Below, one piece after another: positions 24,531 to 37,170 of a stretch of DNA of 64,000 nucleotides. How positions within the stretch are numbered: position 1 is the first letter of the stretch; the number at the start of each line of letters is the position of its first letter. This stretch comes from Chiloscyllium plagiosum (taxonomy: Eukaryota), in assembly GCF_004010195.1 (NCBI RefSeq), contig NC_057752.1, forward strand, positions 15,581,031-15,645,030. Reading direction: 5' to 3'. Made by a program: the position numbers and the translations under genes. The notes beneath the pieces were generated by a model, which did no database searches, had not been told where the DNA came from, and saw only the letters and a program-made list of their open reading frames with translations.

Positions 24531-24564
24531 TTCTTTACGTGTGCAACTGTTGTTTCTTTCAACC

Positions 24565-24800
24565 CATGAACAGTTACTAAAGGTCTGAGGTCCACAATAT
24601 CACAGTCTCCCATCTTTATTCGTAACATTTATTGAGTCATGGACAGTTACTAGAGCTCTAAGGTCCATAATATCATTGTCCCTCTTCTTTATTTGTTATT
24701 TTCTTTGGGTCATGAACAGTTATTAAAGTTCTGAGGGCTATAATATCACTTTTCCTCTCCTTTAATTGTTATCTGTGTTGAGTCGTGAACAGTCGTTTAA
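24565..24800. repeat. Diverged ~73-bp minisatellite, about 3 copies plus a partial
   Basis: Units start catgaacagtta at ~24565, 24637, 24711 and 24784. Confidence 0.8.
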
Positions 24801-25204
24801 GTTCTGCATTCTACAGTGTCGCAGCAGATTGTCTGTGTTGTTATTCCACAGACACAGAGCATTTGTCACACATGCATCTGTGTTGTCACGGTCCCCAGTA
24901 CACTGTGTATAACGCTGTTAACATGTTCTTCTGTTCTCATTCATTCACGCATATTCCAAACTTCCTTTTCAGTGTCAGCAGCAAGACTATATCATGTCAA
25001 TACAATTTACCCGTGCTGAAGACTCGCTGAATACATCATTATCTCCTCAACTCCTTCAAGAATTTATTTACAGCACTGTTGTGCTAATGATAGCTTTTAG
25101 GTGCAGTTATGTTCTCTGCGTTCCTGATCTCAATGTGCATGACAACATTAAAGATGTCTATTTGGTCAACACACAGCAGACTTGAGGGTCAAGCAGACAT
25201 ATCG

Positions 25205-25990
25205 AACCTGGGAAAAAGATTCCGACCGTCAACCCTATCAATGCAACTCATAATTTTATACACTCCTATCAAGTCTCCCTTCAGTCTCGCCTGATCCAGA
25301 GAAAGCAACCCGGATTTTTTTTAACCTCTCCTGCTAGGTCATAATCCGGGCAGAATCCTGGTAAATTGCTGCTGCACCCTCTGCAATTCCGTAATGTGGA
25401 GACCAGAACTGAATGCAATACTTTAACTGTGACTGAACCAAAGTCTTATAAAATGCACCATGACATCATGACTCTTGAACTCACTTCCCCAACAAATACA
25501 AAGGCAAGCATGCCATGCACCTTCTTTACCACCCTATCCACTTGTGTGGCCACTTTCAGGAAGCTATGGACTTGAATCGCAAGATCCTTCTGTACATCAA
25601 TGCTGTTCAGGATCCTCCCATTAACTGTATGCATTTCTCTAACATTTAATCTCCCAAACTGCAGCACCTCACACTGACATGGATTCAACTCGCTTTGCCA
25701 TTTCCCCATCCATATCTGCATCTGATTTATAACCTGTTGCATCCTTTGACAAACATCCACACTATCCACAACTACATTGATCTTTGTATCCTCTGCAAAC
25801 TTACTTATCCACCCATCTACATTTTCATCCAAGTCATTGAAATTTATAACAAACTGCTGAGGGCCCAGTACGGACCCCTAGCGAACAACACGAGTCACAG
25901 AGCTCCAGTCTGAAAAACTTCCTTACACCACTAACCGCTGCCTTGAATTATCAAGCCAATTCTGAATCCAAATGGCCAAGCCACCGTGGA
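25205..25990 (-). mobile_element. Degenerate CR1 LINE RT fragment
   Basis: WISKFAEDTKI...WQSELNPCQCEVLQFG (25446-25832). Confidence 0.85.
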
Positions 25991-26174
25991 TTGAATACCC
26001 ACAATGTGGAAACAAGCCATTTGGCACAAAAAGTCCACACTGACCCCCCGAAAAGTGACCCGCACAGACCCATTCTCCCATTCCTATGGGATTCCATAAA
26101 TATCTAATTTCAGTTACATGACACTGTGATCTTTTGCTATAGATTCTGTTTCTTACAATCTTATACTCCACAAC

Positions 26175-26209
26175 CACCTGATGAAGGAGAAGCGCTCTGA
26201 AAGCTAGTG
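26175..26209 (+). ncRNA. Candidate minimal hammerhead ribozyme in a second Penelope-like repeat family (repeat ~26165-26290)
   Basis: CAC-CUGAUGA-A-GGAG-aagcg-CUCU-GAAA-GC-UA-GUG, with helix I CAC/GUG and palindromic AGCU. Confidence 0.55.
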
Positions 26210-26589
26210 CTTCCGAATAAACCTGTTGGATTATAAACTGGTGTTGTGTGATTTTTAACTTTGTCCCCCCTAGTCCAACACCAGATCCTCCCCCTCAGGG
26301 GAAGCAGTCCCCTTGCATGACAGTGACTGTATCTTTTGACTGATACGTTCAAGCTGCAGACTCATGTTCATGCTGACTAAGGTTCCTTGGAATCCCCAGC
26401 TGTCGGATTTACATGTGGGTTTTATACATTAAGCAATACCCCTCACCCACTGCCGTCCGTTATCCTCATGGACTTCCCTTTAATCTGAGCCATTAGTGCT
26501 TTCTGCTGACTCCATGAAGTTGTTCTAAGACTGATGCCACTGTGAGATCTTAAATGGTTGCAGTCAGCTCCATACGTTTTGAGGAAAAT

Positions 26590-27215
26590 GATGCAGGAAC
26601 AAGTTTCACTGTCTGTTAAACAACGGTTTCTTAGTTTTAAAGGCAAATGTCAGGCGTTATGTTCAAGGTATAATTGATTGGTCAAACCTCCAAGGTTTCA
26701 GAAAAACGCACTTTCTTCACGCACTGCAGTTAAAATGCAAACAAAAGAAAGAAGAATTAGAATAACTTTGTTGGAACATTTAATAGAATATTACATCATT
26801 CAATTCCTGAGCAACAACTGTTCCAATATAGTAACATCCCATAAACACACCTTTGGCAAAGGCACATTCGGTGAAATAGATTGCTTGACATGTAATTCTC
26901 CAGCCCAGGAGAAAAGAACATCAGGAGAAAACTCTGAGAGAGAGACAGAGAGAGAGGGAGAGAAAACTTAAGCATTTTGCTGTGGCAGGGTGAGATGCGT
27001 GACAGGTTCGAATCCCCAACAACTCCTGAAAGTTAAACTAAAATACTGGTTCTGTGGGAGCTTGACCCGACCCCTTCAGGCTGCTTCTATTGTTCCTACT
27101 TAAACAAAACACCAGAGCCTATAAAACTGTTTGATTTACCAGCTTGCAGCACCTCGGTCTCAATCTTATCTCATAAAAAAAAACAGAATAGATTTGTTAA
27201 ATCCAAACATTGTCA
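26590..27215 (-). mobile_element. Solo LTR-like sequence of the same Gypsy LTR group
   Basis: Shares aactgttccaatatagtaacatcccataaacacacc and agaattagaataactt motifs with the other LTRs. Ends attgtcac. Confidence 0.6.
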
Positions 27216-27279
27216 CCCTGACGCTGAATCTTTACAGCAACCTCAAGATAACGGGGTTCCTACATTTGAAGTTCTCGCC

Positions 27280-27775
27280 AAGAGCTTTCAATTCACTTTC
27301 TTGGATGAGTGAAGCTCCACCAACACCCAAGAAGCTTGACACCATCAGGATAAACCTGCCCTCTTGATTGGCCCAACCTCCACAGGCATCACTCCCTCCA
27401 CCACCGACGCTCAGTGGCAGCAATGTCTACAAGATGCACTGCAGAATTTGACCAAGGTTCCTTCGACAGCACCTTCCAAATACATGACCACTTCCATTTA
27501 GAAGGACAAAGGCTGCAGATACATGGGAACACCAGCCCCTGCAGGTTCCTTTCCAAACCGCTTACCATCTTGACTTGGAAAATTGTCGCCATCCTGTCAG
27601 TGTCGCTGGGTCTAAATCCTAGAGCTCTCTACTAAATGATATTATGGGTCAGTCTACAGCACATGGACTGCATCGGTTCAAGGGTCCGCTCACTCCCACC
27701 TTCTCAAGGGCAACTCGGGATGGACAATTAATGCTGGGCTCAGCAAGCGACATCCCAGTCCCACAAGTTAATATA
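27280..27775 (+). mobile_element. 3' end of a distinct CR1/L2-group LINE family
   Basis: LSWMSEAPPTPKKLDTI...HSLHHRRSVAA-type C-terminus of non-LTR ORF2. Confidence 0.65.
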
Positions 27776-27929
27776 TGAATAAAGGAAAGAGTTATGGTTT
27801 TAAACAGCATCTGTTTCTCTTTCAATTTGTACTACAACTGTCAGCCAGAGTGTGGTTACTCCATTTGATATTCGTTCCAAGTGATCATCACTTTTCACTG
27901 TTTGTTAGCTATTAATTTTCAGACAAACA

Positions 27930-28190
27930 CTTTCTGGCTGTGGGTCTGGAGTCACATGTAAGTCAGACCAGGTAAGGATAGTTGTTTCCTTCCCCAATGG
28001 CATTAGTGAGACAGGTGGGGTTTTCTTAAACAATAAGCAAATGCTTTATGGTCAAAATTCAAATCCTAACCCCAGATTTTCTATTGAACTCATCTCCCAA
28101 CATCTGCCATGCAAGGTTTTGAACCAAGGTCCAAAAGCATTCACTGGGTGTCGGGTCTAAAGACAATTCCCTGAGGACATTACCGAGCCT
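27930..28190 (-). mobile_element. Old tRNA-derived SINE (second family)
   Basis: gtgggtctggagtcacatgta...ccaggtaagga body and a decayed B-box (ggttcaaaacc on the minus strand). Recognised from recall only. Confidence 0.5.
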
Positions 28191-29229
28191 TGTAATTCCA
28201 CGTGTTCTCAGGGAATGTTTGTGCTGTATATTTTGGAGAGTTTACAGCTGGATATTGAGAAAAAAGACTCACTCACCCAGCTTTTGTTTGGGATCGAGTT
28301 GTATCTCAGAGAAACATATAATCACAGCACAGAATAGGCTGTTTGGCCCCATCAGCTCTGTCTCATCTCCTTTTAGTACAGGAATATTGACTGCTGAATT
28401 ATTGCCCGACAAACTCACTGGGGAATTTACACTTTCCATATTTATTATAATATGTGTGCTTGGAATGAGCTGTCAGAGAAAGTGGCAGATGCAAGCACAG
28501 TTACTACATTTAAAAGACGTTTGGACACGTACATGGATGGGAAAAGTTCCGAGGAATATGGGACAAATGTAGGCAAATTCGATTAATTTAGTTTGGGGAA
28601 TGTGGCCATCATGTACGATTTGTCCCGAAGGGCCTGTTTCTGTGCTGTATGAATCATTTACTCTCTGAATCTTTGAGGAGGTAAGAAATTGGGGAAAGAT
28701 GGGTTTGGGGTACTTGGATTTTCAAAAGTCGTTTGACAATGTTGGATTCCTTAATATAATACTGGCCTATTATTTTGGACACATTATATTCAAGTGGATA
28801 ATGTGACTAACTAATAGAAGATAGGAAGTTGAGATAAGGGGGGGCATTTTCAGGATAGCAACCTGTAGCTAGTGGAATGCCACAGGGATTGGCATATTTC
28901 GTATTTGAGATGACTTGTGGATGAGTATACCTTGATTCCCAAAACAATGTTCCCATTATGTCTGTGACACTATACTTAAACCATGGTGGGATATTCCCAG
29001 CAGTCCTATACACATTTAGATTCTTTCCGTGAGACACGTTATCAAAGTACTTCTGATAATCCAAACACACCACATCCACTGCCTTTGGGTACGTTCTTCC
29101 TGCACTTATCCAGAGTTCAACACATTCTAGATGTACAGAATTGACAGAAACCCGGTGTCTGTTTACCCAAGGTTTCATCACTGGGGTGATCTCCCTACGT
29201 CACTACAGTGTGGGCGATTTGTGGACTCT

Positions 29230-31650
29230 TGCAGAGCTGAGGCTTTAGATGGCGAGGAATTTGTTAAGTGTGTAGAAGAAAAGTTTCTGATTCAGTATGT
29301 GCATGTACCGACTACAGAAACTGCAAAACGTGACCTTCTCTTGGGAAATAAGGCAGAGCAGGCGTCGGAGGTGTCAATGGGGGAGCACTTTGGGCTCAGC
29401 AACGATAATTCTATTAGTTTTAGACTAGTGGTGGAAAAGGATAGAACAGATCAAACAGTTGAAGTTCTAAATTGGAGGAAGGCTAATTTGTCAAGAACTT
29501 CCAGAAGATGATTGAGAGCATATGTTCACAGGTAAAGGGACGGCTGTGAAATGGGAAACTTTCAAAAATGAGATAACGGGAGTCCCAGAGCAGTATATTC
29601 CTGATCGGGAGAAAGGAAAGGTTGGTAGGTGCAGGGAATGCTGAATGACGAGAGAAATTGAGGGTTTGGTCAAGAAAACGTTGGAAGCGCAGGTCAGGAA
29701 AAGACAGGATAAGTCGAGTGAATCCCGAGAAGATTATTAAGACAGTAGAATATACTTAAAAGGCAAATCAGGAAGTCAAAAAGGGGACATGAGATAGCTT
29801 TGGCAAACGGGGTTAAGGAGAATCCCAAGGGTTTTTACAAATACATTAAGGATAAAGGGTAACTAGGGAGAGAATTGGGTTCTCAAAGATCAACAAGGCA
29901 GCCTCTGTGGGGAAGCACAAGAGGTGGGGGAGATACCAAATTATTATTTTGTATCAGTGTTTACTGTGGAAAAGGGCATGGAGGATAAAGATGACGGTAA
30001 ATAGATGGCGTTATCTTGAAAAATGCCCATACCACAGAGGAGAAGGTGCTGGATGTCATAAAACGCATAAAATTGGATAAGTCGTCAGGACCTGATCAGG
30101 TGTACTCTAGAACTCTGTGGGAAGCCAGGGAAGTGTGTTCTGGGCTCCTTGCTGAGATATTTGTATCATCAATAGTCTCCAGTGAGGTGCCAGAAGACTA
30201 GAGATTGGCTAACGTGGTGCCACTATTTAAGAATAGTGGCATGAAATAGCCAGGGAACTATAAACCAGTGAGCCTGACATCGGTGGAGGGCAAGTTGTTG
30301 AGGGAATTCTGAGGCACAGGATTTACATGCATTTGGAAAGGCAAGGGCTGATTACGGATAGTTAACATGGTTTTGTGCATAGGAAATCATGTCTCATAAA
30401 CCTGATTGAGTTTTTTGAAAAAATAACGAAGAGGATTGATGGAGGCAGCGCAGTAGGTGTGATCTATATGGACTTCAGAAAGACGGTCGACAAGGTTCCC
30501 CATGAGAAGCTGCTTATCAATGTTAGATCTCATAGAATATAGGGAGAACTAGTCATTTCGATACAGAACTGGCTCGAAGGTGGAAGACAGAGGGTGGTGG
30601 TGGAGGGTTGCTTTTCAGACTGGAGGCCTCTGACCAGTGGTGTGCCAAAAGGATCAGTGCTGGGTCCACTACTTTTCATCATTTACATAAATGATTTGGA
30701 TATGAATTCAGGAAATATGGTTAGGAAGTTTGCAGATGACACCAAACTTGGGGTTGGGGGTGGGTGTAGTGGACAGCGAAGAATGTTCCATCAGAGTACC
30801 ACAGGTTCTTTGTCAGATGGGCCACTGGGTTGAGGAGTAACAGATGGAGTTTAATTTAGATAAATGTGAGGTGCTGTATTTTGGAAAAGCAAATCTTAAC
30901 TCAACTTCTGAACTTAATGGTAAGGTCCTGGGGGTATTGATTAACAAAGAGATCTTGGTGTGCAGGTTCATAATTCCTTCAATGTGGAATTGCGGGGAGA
31001 TAGGATAGTGAAGAGGGCGTTTGGTATGCCTGCTTTTATTGGTCAGAGGTTTGAGTACAAGCGTTGGGCGCTCATATTGCGGCTGCACAGGACGTTGGTT
31101 AGGCCACATTTGGAAAATTGTGTGCAATTCTTGTCTCCTTCCTATTGGAAAGATGTTGTGAAACTTGAAAGTGTTACGAAAAGATGTTGCCAGGGTTGGA
31201 GGATTTGTGGTATAGGGAGAGACTGAATAGGCTGGGGCTGTTTTCCCTGGATCATTGGAGGCTAAGGGATGACCTTATAGAGGCTTACAAAATTATGAGG
31301 GGAATGGATAGGATAAATAGACATAATCTTCTCCCTGGGGTTGGGGAGTCCAGAACGAGAGGGCAGAGGTTTAGGGCGAGAGAGGAAAGATTATAAAGGG
31401 ACCTCAGGAACAACATTTTCACACAGAGGGTGATGCGTGTGTGGAGGACGCTACCAGTGGAAATGGTGGAGGCTAATACATTACAACATTTAAAAGGGAT
31501 CTGGATGGGTATATGAATAAGAGGGAATTGGAGGGATATGGGCCAAGTGCTGGCAAATGGGACTAGATTAGGTTCGGATATCTGGTAGGCATGGTCGAAT
31601 TGGACCAAAGTGTCTGTTTCCGTGCTGGACATCTCTATGACTCTATAACT
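29230..31650 (+). mobile_element. 5'-truncated CR1 LINE (end of APE, RT, 3' UTR)
   Basis: [39 protein letters not shown] and a (CTCTATGA)n tail. Many stops. Confidence 0.92.
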
Positions 31651-32409
31651 ATCCTATTCCACTTTGGGAGCATTCCGGTTCTGTTTCCACCAGTGGGGCT
31701 GTCATGCTCTGCTCCTTATTCAGAGTGTCTATTCTTCCCGGTTGCCCCGTATTGACTGAGCTGACTTATCCCAGAGTGTTCCTCAGTGATGTCTCTCTGC
31801 CGTCCTCTGTCGGATGTTTTCTTTATCTTCGACTTGCCTGAACTGTTTTCCTGAACATTGTGCAATCATCCTTCCCTCTGATGTTATGGTGGACGCAATG
31901 TAAAATGGATGGGCCTCGGACACAACACTGAGGAAATCCTGCAGAGATGTCCAGGAGCTAAGTTACCCATTCCTCCCAAACACCTATAGCCATCTTTCAT
32001 TGTCTTCCATAAGGCTTCAAACAGAAGAGAGATTTCCCCCCGTTTCACATTGACTCCAGTTGTGTGGTGGGTCTTTTCGTACAAATTGCAAACTCTCTCC
32101 TTGATGTCAAGGACAATCACTCCTACCTGTTCTCAAGTGTTTGTAATTAGTAGTAATATCAGGAAATCATGCCATCATAATCGTACTTAAAGATTAGATC
32201 ATGAAGATTTCCACATTTATACATTCATAACCTTAGTGACAGAGTGGTAGGAAATCTGCTGTCTGGTAAGAATAAATGGCTCTAGTAAAGCTAAGTGTAC
32301 ATACTGAACCAAGACTGTATAACGTTCAAACCCTTGAAGCTTTAGAGTACTGGAAACATCGTTAACAGACAGTCAGGGCAGAAATGTGTTAAATTGTAAA
32401 TGTTTAAGA

Positions 32410-33870
32410 AGAGGCCAGCCGAGCGGAATGTGCAGCTTGTCACATGTGGGGAGTCCTGGACACTGTCAGTTTCCGAGATGACCACATGTGACGTGGTGCT
32501 CCCAGCTGCAGAAGCTGGAGCTCTGGGTCTCGGAGCTTGAGCAGCAGTTGGAGACACTGTGCCACATCCACAAGGATGAGAGTGACATGGACAGCACGTT
32601 TAGAGAGGTGGTCACACTGCAGCTCAAGGGACTCGAGAATGGATGATCACCATACAGTCCAGAAAGCACAGGCGGGTAATGCAGGAGTCCCCTGAGGTCC
32701 CACTCACTAACGGGTATCCCATTTTGAAAGCTGATGTCGGTGCTAGCACCCCAGAGAAATACAATCAGAGCCATGTTTCTGGCACCACAAGCGGCTTGAC
32801 TGTACAGGAGAAGGAATAAAGGAAGAGGATTAGTGATAGGGGATTCTTTAGTCAGGGAAGCAGACATCTGCACCTAAAGAGTGACTCCAGGATGGTGTGT
32901 TGCCTCCCTAATGCTAGGGTCAGGGATGTCATTGTAAGGCTGCAGGGCATCCTGAAAGGAATGGGTGATGGGTTCGAGGGTGGGCAGCATATTGGTCCCA
33001 GTGATATGGGCCAAGTGGGGAAGGCAAAAATGTAGAACGCCCAACACAGGACTGCACAGTGCTGGGTCTGGTTCTGGGGAAAGAAGCTGGGTAATGTTTT
33101 CAAGGTGGTAGTGGGGGAACATTTCAGCAATAGCAACCACAGCAATGTACGTTCAAATTCGTTCTGCCCAAGGAAAGAAGTGGGGTTGAAGAAGATGGTT
33201 TTTGATTGGGGAAAGCAGATTTTATTAAAACAAAGCAGAATCTGGCCAACGTTGACCGTTAAGATCTCCTTGCAAGTGAGTCTGCAGCAGAGCAGTGGGG
33301 GCATTCAAAAAGGAGCTGAGGATATTACAAGCCCAACATTACCCTTTCGGTGGAGATACAGCAGCAATACGTTCAGGGAACCCTGGATGTCTCAGACAAT
33401 TCAGGATGTGATGAGGAAGAAGGGAAAGGTTCTTAGCAGGTGGAAAGAGTGCAATTCAGATGTGGCCTTCAGTGAATACCTGGAGGCCAAGAAGGAATTT
33501 AGAAATGTGATGAAAACACAAAAAGGGAGGATGAGAAAGAGTTGTGACCAGGATTAGGGAGAATGCTAAGATATTTTACAAATACGTTTAAAGGAATAGG
33601 TTTACCGGGGAATTTTTAGGGCCCATTGGTGACCAAGGTGGCAACCTGCACATGAAATTGCAGGATATCGGAAGGGTGTTGAAAGAATACTTCCCTTGGG
33701 TCTTCATTCTGGAAAAGGCCAACTTAGATTTGGAATTCAGGAAAAGGGACTGAGAGGAACCTGCAGAGTTTGACAAAGGAAAAAAAGGAGGGATTGGAAT
33801 CTCTGTCGAGCTTACAAACAGACAACTCCCCTGGCCCAGATGAATTTAATCCAATGCTGCAGGGGAGAAG
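32410..33870 (+). mobile_element. Old, internally deleted CR1 (ORF1 and ORF2 remnants)
   Basis: VIGDSLVR/MVCCLPNARV esterase remnant, GEHFSNSNH and NSPGPDEF remnants. Confidence 0.75.
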
Positions 33871-33944
33871 TTGTGGGGTGGTGGGGGAAGGGGTTTTGCG
33901 GATGGATTTAGAGGCAGGAAATTGCAGGGGCAACTCAAAAGGCG

Positions 33945-35210
33945 AAAGTTAATTCCCTTTGACACTACCCCCAAAAAACACCCCTGGGACAGGGACAGCA
34001 CCGAGTGAAATATAGAGCAAACATTCTGTACTCTTTGGAAACAGAAAAGTGCAGTTTCCTCAACTCTTCGGAACTCAAAGGTCCCTTGACTCTCTTGCAC
34101 TCAAAATAAAGTTCATTAGACTCGGCCAATAAAATAAGACATTCCCCCGACTGCATCCCCTCCAACTCTTGTGGTAGGGACAACAAAGTATTGAAATCGA
34201 GACACTTAATTTATTAGAAGTCATAGTAAACTAAAGATCAAATTCCCTTTGGCCAATCTCCATCAAACTCACTCGGGACAGGGACAACAAAGGGTAAAAT
34301 AAACCCATTGTTTCTTTCAGGAAGTCCAAAATGACAATAGAAAAAAATGAAAACAGCCCCGCCTGGCGTACTACACCAAAAATAAACGCAAATTCAAAAC
34401 GTTGAATGGAAATTTATATGATGGAACAGAAACTTTCGAAATGACAATATCATTTCCGAGGCTGATGATGCACTCCAGCTCCAACAGTGCCCATTGGTCT
34501 CAAAAGGCCTCGATCATGCTAGCGATGACCAGGTGCTCACTTTCTAGGGACACCCGAGGGAAGGTGTAACCGCGAAAGAGGGCCGCTCCTCGGCCTGCTG
34601 CCTGGACCTGTTCATACCCATCTTGGCCAGGCCCAGCAGCAGAGGCATGAGAAGGCCTGTAGACTTGTCCGCCCAACCCCACACCCGGTGTCAGTAGATC
34701 TGGAGGGTGGGATTGAAATGTAAACAACATTTAACAGCAACCTCTTTAAAAAAGACCGAACAAGAGTCTGCAAATGAACACACTATACATGCACATGGAA
34801 AACTGTCTCCTCCAGACCATGACCATGTGTGTGGTTCGACACCAGGTGAACTCCCTCAGTCTACGGTTGCTTGGGACAGCTGCGTGCAGCATTATCCCCA
34901 CCAGATCCCTGGTGTACGAGGGGAGGAACACTTTGTAGATTACGCTCCGATGGGGATCCAAGCCCACAGAGGGAAAAACATCATGCCAAGGCATGTCCAG
35001 GCAGTAGGCGGAGGTGTAGCAGTGGAGACTGTGCAGCATCAGCTCGTACAGATAACGCCTCTGTACAATTCAAAAGGGCATTGGGCGAATTTCCCTCAGA
35101 TAGCTCAGATTGTGGAACACCACGTCACGAGTGGGGGAGGGGCGTTATGGGGAATGGGGATGATATCCAGTTAAAAATGGACAGGGGTCAGAGTTCTATC
35201 TCCTTTCTTT
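33945..35210 (-). mobile_element. Tx1/L1-clade LINE 3' portion (ORF2 C-terminus and 3' UTR)
   Basis: LPSYTRDLVGIMLHAAVPSNRRLREFT...LHFNPTL...LLGLAK...FRGY...RVSLESEH. Confidence 0.75.
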
Positions 35211-35459
35211 CTCCAGAGGACCCTCTGTGACACTAATTGTTCCCCATTTATTCATGTTCATCTATTGTTCTTGATGCAGTCATCTCTGGTGTCATTTAAA
35301 TGTGTTGTTTAATGGCATCCTTGTGTTAATACTCCGAGTACCATTTTCGTCATCACTAACATTAGACAGATTTGATCCTCCAGAAACTTTCTTTTCCTCA
35401 TTCATCCAGCAGTCACTGTTATCCATTCCCCTTCACATGCTGTGGCATTACCATTTGTT

Positions 35460-36337
35460 TTATTGAATAGTTCGCTTAAAAGGAAACATCAATGTGTTTA
35501 TGAACTTTTCTCTGAACTTGGATAGTGTTGCTACATAAATAAGTGTGTTTGTGCAGCAGTTTAGATCCCGGAGCATATTGGCAACATATCGGAATATATA
35601 TTCAGAATTTTTATCTAATACTGGATCTAATGTATTAAAATATTTCAAAAGGTACCACATCCATAGAAGGATGAAACTACTGGATATCGCAAAGAGTAAA
35701 ATAATTGACTTTCTTCTGCTCTCCATCTCTGGGTCACAATGATTCTGCCCCTTGCTCTGATTCTTCAGTCTCTTACGGGCTCGACTGGCCACTAAAATGT
35801 GACTTACTATCAGAGTGTTGATCAACAGAATTAAAGCAAATGGGAGCATTGGAGTTAAGACCTTTTCAAACCTGTTGAATCCTACCCGTATGGGATCTTT
35901 AGAATACGCTTCAGTATTTGTGCAGTACCACTCGACATTGTTAATGATTCGTTTAGCTTCGTACCTGAAGTAGGTGGGAATGTTTTTGAAACAGAGCAGA
36001 ATGCCCGTTGTTGCGAGAACCACTGTCGCAGTTTTCTTGTTGCAATATTTTGTTTTCAACTTCTGACAGCAAATGGCAACAAATCGATCAAAGGTAAAAG
36101 TGACGGTGAACCAGACGGAACAATCAGTGGCAGCACGGCGCAGGATATTGTGAACTTTGCAGACAGTCGTCACATCCAAGAAATTCCGAGGGAAATAATA
36201 GTCATTGATCCGATACAGTATGACCTCAAGGATAATGTATAGTAGATCTGCTGTTACCATGGCGACCAGGTAGCATGTGGTGCATGGGGAGATCCCACAT
36301 TTTCCTCTGAATAAAATCGCAAGTGCCAGTAAATTCA
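35460..36337 (-). CDS. Exon 2 of intact GPR139/GPR142-like class A GPCR (gene A, 314 aa with exon 1)
   Basis: Open frame to TAA. ADLL (TM2), C3.25, SVWFTVTFTFDRF (TM3), ECL2 WYC, LPF (TM5), FILLW (TM6), ANML..LNCCTNTLIY (TM7), SKFR (helix 8). Acceptor ctctcacag|TG. Confidence 0.93.
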
Positions 36338-36837
36338 CTGTGAGAGTGTGAATAAGAAGTAGATTATAAATTACAGAAAAAAAACTGTTCGCATTATCTG
36401 AGGACAAACCATTGAACAAAACAAATCAGCCATGACTTCAACAGGTTCCCAAGGTGCACAGATCAGGGTAAAATCAGGTTAAACAGGCATCAGTTAGAGG
36501 GTTGTAATGGACTGCTCACTGGAAGCAGGTCTGTGCTTTAATATTCCATTGAAGAATTGTGTGTCTGAAGCTGGAGAAGTCCAACTTTGGAGTAGACCCT
36601 CTGCCCCACCTGCTGCAACGTGTTATATTTCCTTTCTGTTGCAAAGTTGCTACCTGCAAATAAATACTCACTACCTTATTAGACAAACACTCTCAGTTGA
36701 GTGCTTGTCCTTCACGCGTCATGTTTTGTGGTCTTACCTCCTGGAGATCAGCCTTACTCTCCATTACATTTGACTCCACTCACAACTCCCCAGCCTCATT
36801 AACGAGCCCATCCTTTTTGGTAATTACGAAACGTTGG

Positions 36838-37170
36838 AGAAGCATGGTGACTCCGTGTTTAGCACTGTTGCTTCCCAGCGCTAGGGACCCGAGTTCGATT
36901 CCAGCCTTGGGTGACTGTCTTTGCGAGTTTGCACATCCTCCCTGTGTCTGCGTGGGTTCCTTTGCATGCTCCAATTTCCTCTCACAATCCAAGGATGTGC
37001 AAGTTCGGTGAATTGGCCTGGGTGCATTGCTCAAATTGTGCAGGGATGTGTGGATTAGTTGTGATGTTAGGGGTAAATATAGGGTGGTGAAATGGGTCTG
37101 GATAGGATACGCTTCGGAGGCCTCGTGTGGACATGTTGGTCTGAAGGGCCTGTTCCCACAGTTTAGTGTT
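36838..37170 (+). mobile_element. Old HE1-like SINE in the intron, shared with gene B (~60100-60430)
   Basis: tRNA-like head and gatgtgcaagttcggtgaattggcc body. Confidence 0.75.

Noticed and set aside
24565..24800. Possible CRISPR-like array
   Set aside because: Eukaryotic context, whole units are similar (no unique spacers), and no cas genes.
36338..36419. ORF-track N-terminal extensions of the GPCRs (also 59618-59696)
   Set aside because: Non-ATG starts within the intron's pyrimidine tract. A proper exon 1 exists upstream.
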